A stretch of 62,897 nt of DNA, the filler included, from Octopus bimaculoides (lineage: Eukaryota): assembly GCF_001194135.2 (NCBI RefSeq). It is 5 parts of 4 records of this genome, joined end to end, with 100 filler letters (N's around TTAATTAATTAA, not from the genome) between each part and the next. Parts side by side here need not be neighbours in the genome. Positions count along the whole stretch, not along the records: positions 35,400 to 57,809 come from NC_068988.1; positions 57,910 to 62,897 come from NC_068992.1; 3 more parts are not named here. One strand, written 5' to 3'. The position numbers and the translations under genes are program-made. The notes beneath the pieces were generated by a model. That model was not told where the DNA came from, made no database searches, and saw only the letters and a list, made by a program, of their open reading frames with translations. Every line of letters starts with the position of its first letter. Within the stretch, counting starts at the first letter, position 1. Positions 53,545 to 62,897 of this stretch are shown one piece after another.

Positions 53545-55049
53545 ATAGTAGTATCAGAAGTAGTAGCATAATTTCCTCGATATACTTTTGAAATATGTTT
53601 GGAAAATGCGCCAGGAAGCATACGAAACTAGTTCTTCAGTGGTAAAGCCATTGCTTCGCTGATATGTACGCAAATATGTTGTAGCTAGGTATGTAGCTAG
53701 GTATGCACGTACGTATATATGCATGTATGAATGCGTGTAGGTAGCTATAGAGCTATAGTACTAGTGCCATTGTGGTACTGTCGTCAACTTCTGTTATTGC
53801 TGTTGTGTTTCATGTTTCAAAAATGAAGCAAGTATAGTTTTTCTTCAAATACCAAAGTATCCTCATAGATAATCAGAGTAGTGTTACAATGAACCACTAA
53901 GGCTTTTCCTCCATTTTTCAATAAGTGTTCAATGGCTGATATCTATCCATTCTGTGTTAAATAGGTTACTGGGATTAAATCATCTGAGAATGTTACTAAT
54001 TTGAAACGCTCGATAATGACTTCTTCATAAAGATATCAGCCAGGCCTTTTCTTTTACCAATTTCAACGATTTAATGGCCTGGCCATATGATGCAAGTTCA
54101 AATTTTCAGTCAATCATATGATCTTGACAACTACATTGTCAAGGCTATCAGTCATCTGAAAGATATCGTTATGTTAAACATTGTGTGTCAATAATCATAA
54201 ATCGGTCGATCGAGCATCAGAATTTTACGTTTGAAGGAAGTAAAAATAAATCAATAATCCAGAATATGATTTGAAATAATTGAAAAATTTATATCCGAAA
54301 GTTATATCGTTTTTCCGGGTTCAAATAGCATATTTCAAATTTCTTCCGCCTTAAATTTTTTTAAGAGAGAGTTAGCACTATGGCTTCTAATATTTCTACA
54401 CTTACAAATTTTTCATATAAAAGTTCATTTCATTCCTACACATATTTCACACACAATTTATGGGATCAATGAGATGAAAAATGGACAATTTGTCTTTGTC
54501 GTTCCTCGGGAGTAGTGCAGAATGTACCAAATACTCAAGTGTTTTCGTTATCAACGGCAGCTATAGTGAGTTCAAATCACGCAGGAGTGAACTTTGCCTT
54601 TCATTCTTTCATGGTCGATAAAATGAAGTACCATTCAAGTCCTGGGGTCAATGGTATAGACTAACAACTCCATTAAAAATTACTAATGAAGTGCTCACAT
54701 TAGAAAACATTAATGGTAGCTAAGTCTGATTAGTGAATTGACGGAATCATGATACGTTTGACTACTATATCTTATGCAATATGTAGCAATTTTTTACTAT
54801 CTGAATTCAATCTATTCCAAAATCAAATTTGTTTCACTATTTCCTTGTTGGTAAAATAAAACATCAGTGAAGTAGTTTACCTCCAAATACCTGGTTTCTT
54901 TGTTTATACTAAAAAGTGTTATTAATGACAACCATGAAAGTACATCAACACAAAATCTAGTAAACCTACGATTCATAGTTTAATATACTAACATTATAAA
55001 TTTACAGAACTTCTGAGCTGAAATTTCATTTTCCATTATTTCATCTTGT

Positions 55050-57720
55050 GATATATAATTTTCTTAACTGTATTTTATTTGTTTCACTATGTACTCTCTG
55101 CCTTGTACATGCTCTTTGCTTCTTGCTTGCTTGCTGGCTTGCTTGCTGGCTTGCTTCCTCATGTTTGATAGGGCTGGGGTCACCCCAGATCAATGGTCCT
55201 AGATATGTCATCATGCATAGAGTTGACCAGGTCCACCAGTACACTATATCACTGGTGGTCTCATGTTAGCAGTCTCCGCCTAGCATCCTCCAAAGTGACG
55301 TTGAGTTTCTGGAGATCTTCCCCAATCACATCCAGCCTTTCGATGCGGAGTCTGCAGCAATTTCCAGCCAGCAGCTGCTGCATCGAATGATACTAAGACC
55401 CTTGTAGTATTCGAGGTGGGGCTTAGCGAAAGTGAAGAAGAGAAGGATGATGTTTTCCTGATCCCTAGATTGAAAATTTCTGAGGATCCACGAGTACATT
55501 CTGCGGGCAACATCGACTTTTTTTGTTGCTGTGCACGCTCTAGATAAGGTTGCTGTTGTCAGTTACACCTAAGTCTCTGATATTATCCGACGGTTCAAGT
55601 AGGTCTCCTAGCGGTAATGTATATGGTTGTTTGAGTGTACCCTCTTTTTCATAGTGGAAGAGCTCAAAGTTTTTTCGTTCAACTGCATGTTGTTTTTTGT
55701 TCCCACTGAGTTTCTGCGTATAGGTTCGGTTGAAGCATCGTTCGATCATATGCTCCCTTAATGACTTTCTGGATCTAAGAGTCATCTGAAAATATTTTAA
55801 TGGTGCTATGTTCAACGGAATCTGCAATGTTATTGATATAGACAATAAAAAGTAGTGAACCCAGCACAGAGCCCTGCGGGACACCGCTGATGACTTATAC
55901 TGGTCCTGTGTGGATGCCATCACCACAACATGCTGTGTCATGTTTGTTAGGAAATACCTAATCCATTGAAGTAGCTTTCCACCGACTCCAGCGTTGGATA
56001 GTTTCCTTAACATTATATTGTAGACGACTCTGTCAAAGGCCTTGCTGAAATCAGGGTATATGACATCCGCGTTGGATCTCTCATTTAGTGCATTTAAGAT
56101 GTCACTAAAGTGGTGGTGGAGCTGTGTTACACAATCTCTCCCACCACGAAAGCCATGCTGATTGCAATTTAGGAGATAATTTTGTTCTAAGATGGCTGTT
56201 ATTCTTGATCTCAAAACTTTCTCAAATAATTTGATGATATGTGTGGTGAGTGAGATTGGATAGAAGTTTACAGGGAGCGATTTATTCTCCCTTTTCAAAG
56301 ACAGGAACGACTGACTGGGAGAGAAGTCTTAGAGGGATAAAACCGGAATCCAGTGATTTCCTCCAGAGATTTGCAAGAGGAGCTGCAAGCTGCAGTTCGA
56401 ATTCCTTCAGCACTCTAGCAAGAAAACTGTTCGGACCCACTGCTGAATCAGATTTGATTTCTTTTATTGCTGCTAGGGCATCGATGGCGTCGAAGCTTAT
56501 GTCGAAAAGGACACATTGGGGATGCAAAGAATCAAAGCTGCTTGAATCAACTGAATCAGGGTCACTGAAAACAGCAGTATTAAGTTTGCAGGATCTCAGC
56601 CATGTCTTTGGCATCACTATGAAGGATGCCATTTCCGTCAATCAGTGAGCCGATAGAGGAGACTGTAGTCCTATGTGTTTTTGCAAAGGAGTAAACGACC
56701 TTAGGATTATTCTTGATGTTTTTAATAGCCCAGGCTTCCTCTGCGGCTCTTTGATCGTTTACGAGGGTTCCCATACAGTCCTGCAGTTGTTGCTTCTTTG
56801 ATCCCAAGGTTGTTAATGTTCTCGATTGGGGTGGTGCTGGTGGTTGTGTTTTAGAATATTGATTTTTCACTTCATTCTTTTTTATTCCCCTGTTGAACGC
56901 TTTTCTTTTTTTGTAATCCTGCATCTACTGTTATTTATGTGTCATGAGGGTGTGTGTTTCGAGCTTGTGTGGGTGACTGTGTCCTCAAATAGTTGCCATG
57001 CGTTTGTGTTTGTTGTGGTATTGGAAGAAGTAAAGGTGAAGGACCAGTCTTTCTACCGTGATGTTATGAATAGTGTTAGCATCTTTGCTTAGCACTAGGT
57101 CCAAGATACTGTAGTTGTTCCTGGTTGTTTTATGGACGAGTTGTGACAGTAAAAAATTATCAATAAATTTAAAAAGTAACTCTACTGCTACTTTGTCTGA
57201 GCTTGAGGTGAATGTGTTTGGTCTAACAATATTAGTGGACTAATCTACAGAGGGCAGGTTGAAGTCATCCATCATCAGAATATTTCCTGGTTTACATTGC
57301 AGGAGGAAGGAATTGATCTTCTCCAAGTACTCTTTGAAATAATGTAAGGGTGCTTGTGGGGTTCTGTAGAGCCCAATTACAGACAGGTCTTTACCATTGA
57401 GTAGTACAGAGACTGATTCACAGTAGCCGTTGGAGAAAATGTCCTTGGCATCTGCACTAAATGGGTCACGGAGGAAGACAGCAATTCCACCCTTCCTTTG
57501 GCCTGCCCGAACAGCGCGTATGACAGTAGAGTCTCTGATTTTAAGTTCAACCTCTAAATGACGGTCGTTTAGGTGGGTCTCAGTTAGGAAGAAGAACGGG
57601 ATTGGATGTGAGGGTGCTGCAATCCATCCCTCAATATAGGGCATTTTCCAATTTTGAGCCTTGATGGCTAGGTTGATACATTGGGTACAAAGAAGAAATG
57701 TCGCTGTGAATACAACAGAT
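55050..57720 (-). mobile_element. CR1-group LINE remnant (APE + RT)
   Basis: FLTETHL..KGGIAVF..GLYRTP..MDDFNLP (APE); GPNSFLARVLKE..VVPVFEKG; YPISLTTHIIKLFEKV..QHGFRGGRDC..DVIYPDFSKAFDRV (RT). Confidence 0.9.
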
Positions 57721-57954
57721 TCATTTCATCTCTTCATGGTCCGCCCACCATGCTTGTTGTTGTTGTTGTTGCTACTCAGTGGCAGTAGCAAGGGTGTTTT
57801 TGTATATATNNNNNNNNNNNNNNNNNNNNNNNNNNNNNNNNNNNNNNNNNNNNTTAATTAATTAANNNNNNNNNNNNNNNNNNNNNNNNNNNNNNNNNNN
57901 NNNNNNNNNCGCAGTCAAATGACTGAAACAAGTAAAAGAGTATATATATATATC

Positions 57955-58131
57955 TCATCATCATCATCATCATCGTTTAACGTCCGCTTTCCATGCTAGC
58001 ATGGATTGGACGATTTGACTGAGGACTGGTGAAACCAGATGGCAACACCAGGCTCCAATCTGATTTGGCAGAGTTTCTACAGCTGGATGCCCTTCCTAAC
58101 GCCAACCACTCCGAGAGTGTAGTGGGTGCTT
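57955..58131 (-). mobile_element. RTE-type 3' end with (GAT)n tail
   Basis: Reverse complement of 33075-33237. Confidence 0.85.
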
Positions 58132-58355
58132 GCAACCAGCATTAACAGGCTTCGGGGCGCAAGGCAAAGGAGAAAAGCGGCGGCAAATATACCGCTTGCA
58201 CTGACCTATAATCCTCAAACTTGCAACATCTATGGCCTTCTTTGTAAATCGTTGACAGGACTTAAATGTCACATTCGATGTAAGCATTATGACTGTCAAA
58301 GAGAGAATACATTGTCGGAGCCTCATAAGCCGAAACCAACGAGAGTCCATCATAT
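58132..58355 (+). mobile_element. C-terminus of a different RTE-like LINE
   Basis: RQRRKAA..TCNIYGLLCKSLTGLKCHIRCKH resembles the terminal R.RRK..C..C.R.C.S..GL..H.R.H zinc-finger of RTE/BovB-type ORFs; short 3' UTR then cat/at repeats. Confidence 0.6.
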
Positions 58356-58749
58356 ATATATATATATATATATATGATCATATATATACTGATCATACGC
58401 GTTTTGCTCCATTTATTACTATTCTTCATATCTACTCAAAGTACATCACTTTAACATGGAATTTCTACCCATTAACCGGGTATGATATCCCAGTTTTTGT
58501 ATGATTTTTACATTATCGAAGTTTTTTTCAACCAAGATAATCCTGGGATCGATTTGATTCGACTAAAGGCGGTGCTCCAGCATGGCCGCAGTCAAATGAC
58601 TGAAACAAGTAAAAGAAAAAAAAATACGTATGTATATGTATATACGGATATATATATGTGTGTGTGTGTTTATTGGTATTTATAATCCTCTAATATTGTT
58701 TTATGTCATAAATTATATTCTCAACAAATATTCCAAAATTTTTTTGCAG

Positions 58750-58920
58750 GAAGAATACATGGCCGAAAATATAAAATGGACGCCAATTGATTATTTCAAC
58801 AACAAAATAGTGTGTGACCTAATTGAACAAAAGAAACCCCCTGGAATTATGAGCATGTTAGATGATGTTTGTGCAACCATGCATGCCGTTAGTGAAGGAG
58901 CTGATAAAAATTTACTACAG
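58750..58920 (+). CDS. MYO1E: Unconventional myosin Ie/If motor-domain exon (57 aa)
   Basis: tttttgcag|[57 protein letters not shown]|gtcaga; [10 protein letters not shown] is characteristic of long-tailed myosin Ie/If. Confidence 0.93.
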
Positions 58921-59125
58921 GTCAGATATCAGGATGAATTTGTACATTATCTTCTTATTGTTTTCTTCTTCTTACCTGCATACCAGTGGCAGTTTGTGTA
59001 TAGGCACTGCGGAACTGCAACATCTGCTATTTCCACTAAGTATTATCGATAACATTCAATATAATGAGTCCTTTTTTCTTTAAAGCTATGTTTGTTGAGC
59101 AGAACAACCTCACTATCAACAGGCC

Positions 59126-59921
59126 AGTAGATTTTGCCCTCCATAGATTTTGCCCACCGTAGATTTTACCCTCCTTAGATTTTGCCCTCTGTAGATTTTG
59201 CTCTCCTTAGATTTTGCCCTCAGTAAATTTTTTTCCCCAGCAGATTTCTCCAACAATAGATTTCCTTCAGTAGATTTTGCCCTCAATAGCTTTTTATCCT
59301 CAGTAGATTTTGCCCTTAGCAGATTTTGCCCTTGGCAGATTTTGCCCTTAGCAGATTTTGCCCTTGGCAGATTTTGCCCTTGGCAGATTTTGCCTGTAAT
59401 AGATTTCTCCCACAGTGGATTTTGTCCTCAACAGGTTTTCTGAAGCAGCACCCCCCACTAATTTTATTTATGAGCCGCCACTGCTACCTACTTCCCTACT
59501 TACCTACTTACCTACCTACCTATCTACCAACCTACCTGCCTAATAACTACCTACCTACCTACCTACTCACCTACCTACCTCCTACCTACCTACCTACCTC
59601 AGCAGATTTTGTCCTCAATAGCTTTTTACCCTCAGTAGATTTTGCCCTTGGCAGATTTTGCCCTTGGCAGATTTTGCCCTTGGCAGATTTTGCCCTTGGC
59701 AGATTTTGCCTTTGGCAGATTTTGCCCGCAATAGATTTCTCTCACAGTGGATTTTGTCCTCAATAGATTTTGCCCTCAACAGATTTTGCCCTCAACAGAT
59801 TTTGCCCTCAACAGATTTTGCCCTCAGTAGATTTTTCCTTCGGTAGATTTTGCCCTCAGTAGATTTTGCCCTCATTAGATTTTTTCCCTCAGTAGATTTT
59901 TCCTTCAGTAGATTTTGCCCT
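59126..59921. repeat. ~16-bp minisatellite (gcagattttgcccttg / gtagattttgccctca), split by a (CCTA)n-containing insert
   Basis: Dozens of agattttgccc units; blocks about 59270-59430 and 59600-59765 share the same variant order. Confidence 0.92.
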
Positions 59922-60447
59922 TATTTTTTCACTGTGTTCCTTGTCTAAAATAAGCAAAAATAATAACAACAATACTGTGATAAGATTTCTACCTTCATAC
60001 TATTTACTACATTACTTGTTCTTGTAGCAGCATTCATTTGGGGTGGATTGAGGTGGCTCTGACCAATGAGTTCACCACATCCCTCACGAGTGCCAACTAC
60101 ACCTGATGGTTGGTTGCAGTCAACGCTGTAATGGCTATGCCATAGACATACTCATCATTCACTGTTGAGGTGTAGAGTTCATATTCAGAGTGTCAATGGA
60201 AATGCAAGTTCACATGTGGTCCCCTTCACATGCTTACACACTTTGGGATCGTGTGATCCATACCAGCTCCTCTTGCCGTTGATTGTCGATTGTTGTAGAG
60301 GATTTGCTGATCAAGTCATTATACTCAATGCAATGATGACAATCCCTTTCCAAACTTTAGTTTTTTTTTATTATTATTTAATAGAGATCAATCTATATAT
60401 TGATTGCTAATTTCTTAATGATTGCTATTATTTATTCATTTCATTAG

Positions 60448-60522
60448 AAACTCCAAGGCTTAGATTCAGAATACTACATTGGGAATGACCAAGGCTTCAT
60501 TTTGTTCCATTATGCTGGAAAA
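60448..60522 (+). CDS. MYO1E: Myosin Ie/If exon (25 aa)
   Basis: ttcattag|KLQGLDSEYYIGNDQGFILFHYAGK|gtaagt; phase 0/0, in frame with both neighbouring exons; ends in the myosin HYAG motif. Confidence 0.88.
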
Positions 60523-60699
60523 GTAAGTTATAGATTTTGTTTGGTCTTTGATAATTCTTTTTTTTTATGTTGATTTGTTCATCTTAATTTTGTCTGCTTT
60601 ACATTCAGTTTCGGCCTCAGATTGACCAATGCATTGTGAGTAAATTTAATAAATGAAAATTGTGTGGAAGCCTGTGATATATATATGTATGTCTATGTG

Positions 60700-60970
60700 T
60701 GTGTCTTTGTATTTGTGTCTGTCACCCATCGCACTGCTTGACAACTGGTGTTGGTTTGGTTATGCTCCTGTAACTTAGTGGCTCAGTTTAGGAAACTGAC
60801 AGAATAAGGTGCAGGAGTGACTGTGTGGTAACAAGCTAGCTTCCCAACCACATGATTCTGAGTTCAATCCCACTGCATGGTACCTTTGGCAAGTGTTTTC
60901 TTCTGTAGCCTTGGGCCGACCAAAGCCTTGTGAGTGGATTTGGTAGACAAACTGAAAGAAGCCCATCAAA
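60700..60970 (+). mobile_element. SINE family B 3' fragment followed by a second family B 5' half
   Basis: gcttgacaactggtg..gacagaataag is immediately followed by the head gtgcaggagtgactgtgtggtaacaagc. Confidence 0.8.
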
Positions 60971-60978
60971 TATATGTA

Positions 60979-61015
<37 letters not shown>

Positions 61016-61590
61016 ATTTTGGNNNNNNNNNNNNNNNNNNNNNNNNNNNNNNNNNNNNNNNNNNNNNNNNNNNNNNNNNNNNNNNNNNNNNNNNNNNNNN
61101 NNNNNNNNNNNNNNNNNNNNNNNNNNNNNNNNNNNNNNNNNNNNNNNNNNNNNNNNNNNNNNNNNNNNNNNNNNNNNNNNNNNNNNNNNNNNNNNNNNNN
61201 NNNNNNNNNNNNNNNNNNNNNNNNNNNNNNNNNNNNNNNNNNNNNNNNNNNNNNNNNNNNNNNNNNNNNNNNNNNNNNNNNNNNNNNNNNNNNNNNNNNN
61301 NNNNNNNNNNNNNNNNNNNNNNNNNNNNNNNNNNNNNNNNNNNNNNNNNNNNNNNNNNNNNNNNNNNNNNNNNNNNNNNNNNNNNNNNNNNNNNNNNNNN
61401 NNNNNNNNNNNNNNNNNNNNNNNNNNNNNNNNNNNNNNNNNNNNNNNNNNNNNNNNNNNNNNNNNNNNNNNNNNNNNNNNNNNNNNNNNNNNNNNNNNNN
61501 NNNNNNNNNNNNNNNNNNNNNNNNNNNNNNNNNNNNNNNNNNNNNNNNNNNNNNNNNNNNNNNNNNNNNNNNNNNNNNNNNNNNNNNNNN

Positions 61591-61820
61591 GGACAGCAAA
61601 TACTTTTTATGGGCAATTTGATTTTATATATGTTTTTTAATCAAAATCTTTTAATTGACAAACCTATTTTGTTAAATACTGTTAAATAAATAAATGTAAA
61701 AATATATGTTATTTTAAGCAAATATTTATGTATAAATTTCATAAGCGTTTATAAGGGGGTCCCTAAGGTAAAGCCTGAAATATAAAGAGGTCCGCAAGTC
61801 AAAAAGTTTGAAAACCCCTG
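61591..61820. mobile_element. Right end of a hAT-like non-autonomous DNA element
   Basis: Terminal aaaaagtttgaaaacccctg is the reverse complement of a CAGGGGTTTTCAAACT hAT/Charlie-type TIR; other end would lie in the gap. Confidence 0.5.
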
Positions 61821-61845
61821 AGTTAAGTAACATCAGCATCAGCCA

Positions 61846-61925
61846 TGTATACGGTTTCACTTGGCTTGACAGGTCTTCTCAAGCACAGCATATCGTCAAA
61901 GGTCCTAGTCACTAGTCATTGCCTG
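61846..61925 (-). mobile_element. RTE fragment
   Basis: Reverse complement of 25075-25145 (cacttgg..gtcttctcaagcacagcatatc). Confidence 0.75.
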
Positions 61926-62217
61926 AAAAATGGTTGAGAAATATTGGTGTGGACTATACCACAAAAGGTTTACAAACTGTTAGCTCTATGCATCAGCTGT
62001 CACGTTGATTTATTTGTCACATCAATTCCTGATAATGTGGCTGTGAAGGTCTAGAAACGTCAGACAGAAATTTTAAGAACTCTACTATTCCAAACCAACT
62101 GTTAAACTATGAAAAATACAAAAATTAAAAAAAAAACGTAAAATTTGAACATAATTGTACATTTAATAAACATGCATACTTCGCACATAATCATTCAATT
62201 ATCTTCTTTTTTTGCAG

Positions 62218-62303
62218 GTAGATTATTCCATAGATAACTTCTGTGATAAAAACCGAGATGTTTTGTTCCAAGATTTAATTGAAATGATGCAGACCAGTGA
62301 GTG
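62218..62303 (+). CDS. MYO1E: Myosin Ie/If exon (28 aa + 2 nt)
   Basis: ttttttgcag|[28 protein letters not shown]-tg|gtaagt; matches the myosin I V.Y..D.FC..NRDVLF.DLIE.MQ.S motif. Confidence 0.93.
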
Positions 62304-62319
62304 GTAAGTCTTGTCCTAA

Positions 62320-62582
62320 GCATTTAAACTGGCCACATCTGGCCAAAATAGTCTGCCTGTTCTATGTTGAAACTGGCCAGATCTGGCCTCTCACACCTAT
62401 CCTACAATGTCATTTTGAAAAACTATGCAATCCCATCATTGAAATCTTGAAGCTGTGAGACAATGCATTATTAATTGAAAACAATGTGAATAGGTGCAGG
62501 TGTTGCTGTGTGGTAAAAAAAAGCTTGCTTCCCAACTACATGGTTTCAGTCCTACTGTGTGGCACCTTAGGCAACTGTCTTC

Positions 62583-62585
<3 letters not shown>
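62320..62585. mobile_element. Second piggyBac-type MITE copy interrupted by a SINE family B 5' half (+, from about 62492)
   Basis: Body aligns with 32120-32280; SINE B head aggtgcaggtgttgctgtgtggtaa follows aatgtgaat. Confidence 0.55.
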
Positions 62586-62613
<28 letters not shown>

Positions 62614-62618
62614 GTATA

Positions 62619-62663
<45 letters not shown>

Positions 62664-62897
62664 ATTTTTTTCCAGAGGATGTAGCAACCGTTACCAATAT
62701 AGCATAAGAACTTACCTTAGGAGATCATTAATTAGATTCCTTAAGGGTCGTTCTCACAGTTTATATTTATATCATAAGATTTTTAAACTTTTAAATTTTC
62801 ATATTCAAAAGAGACAGAGACTTCAAATTCGATATATCGATTTATTCACCACTCTATGTTAACATTTCTGTGCCAAACTTATCCAGTGACTGGTCCA

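Noticed and set aside
53269-53621. Poly-Thr/poly-Val ORFs resembling a mucin or membrane protein
   Set aside because: Derived from a (GTA)n/(GTT)n microsatellite
13561-57865. TTAATTAATTAA appearing four times between N runs
   Set aside because: Identical and centred in ~100-nt N blocks, so it is an assembly spacer and not biology
59198-59846. Repetitive ORFs (ADFALGRFCPWQILPL)n and a CRISPR-like appearance
   Set aside because: Contiguous 16-bp tandem units with no unique spacers; the ORFs are a by-product of the satellite
1258-61689. Long ORFs made of X, or of YI/CV/TH/LSIY repeats
   Set aside because: They are translations of N gaps and di- or tetranucleotide microsatellites

Overview
AT-rich, microsatellite-dense eukaryotic genomic DNA. 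The SINE/RTE repeat content suggests an octopus-like cephalopod (inference). About 5 kb is N gaps, and four gaps carry an artificial TTAATTAATTAA spacer marking contig joins. Host coding content is sparse: three consecutive + strand exons of a long-tailed class I myosin (MYO1E/F-like; 58750-62303) and one ~890-bp minus-strand ORF/exon (28057-28942) with a coiled-coil followed by a probable NHL-like beta-propeller. The rest is mostly decayed transposable elements. These include at least three tRNA-derived SINE families, RTE, CR1-like and two RLE-type (R4/Dong-like) LINE remnants, and two Penelope-like (PLE) remnants. DNA elements include a TIR/TSD-bounded Tigger/pogo, a mariner, hAT- and piggyBac-type MITE ends, two Helitrons with both termini identifiable, and a Helentron-type HINE. 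The most notable signal is a compact minimal type I hammerhead ribozyme fold on the minus strand (13821-13865), with an extra G in the core, about 1.5 kb from a PLE ORF N-terminus. Also notable is a stack of six SINE copies nested in (ATT)n/(GTT)n tracts at the window start.
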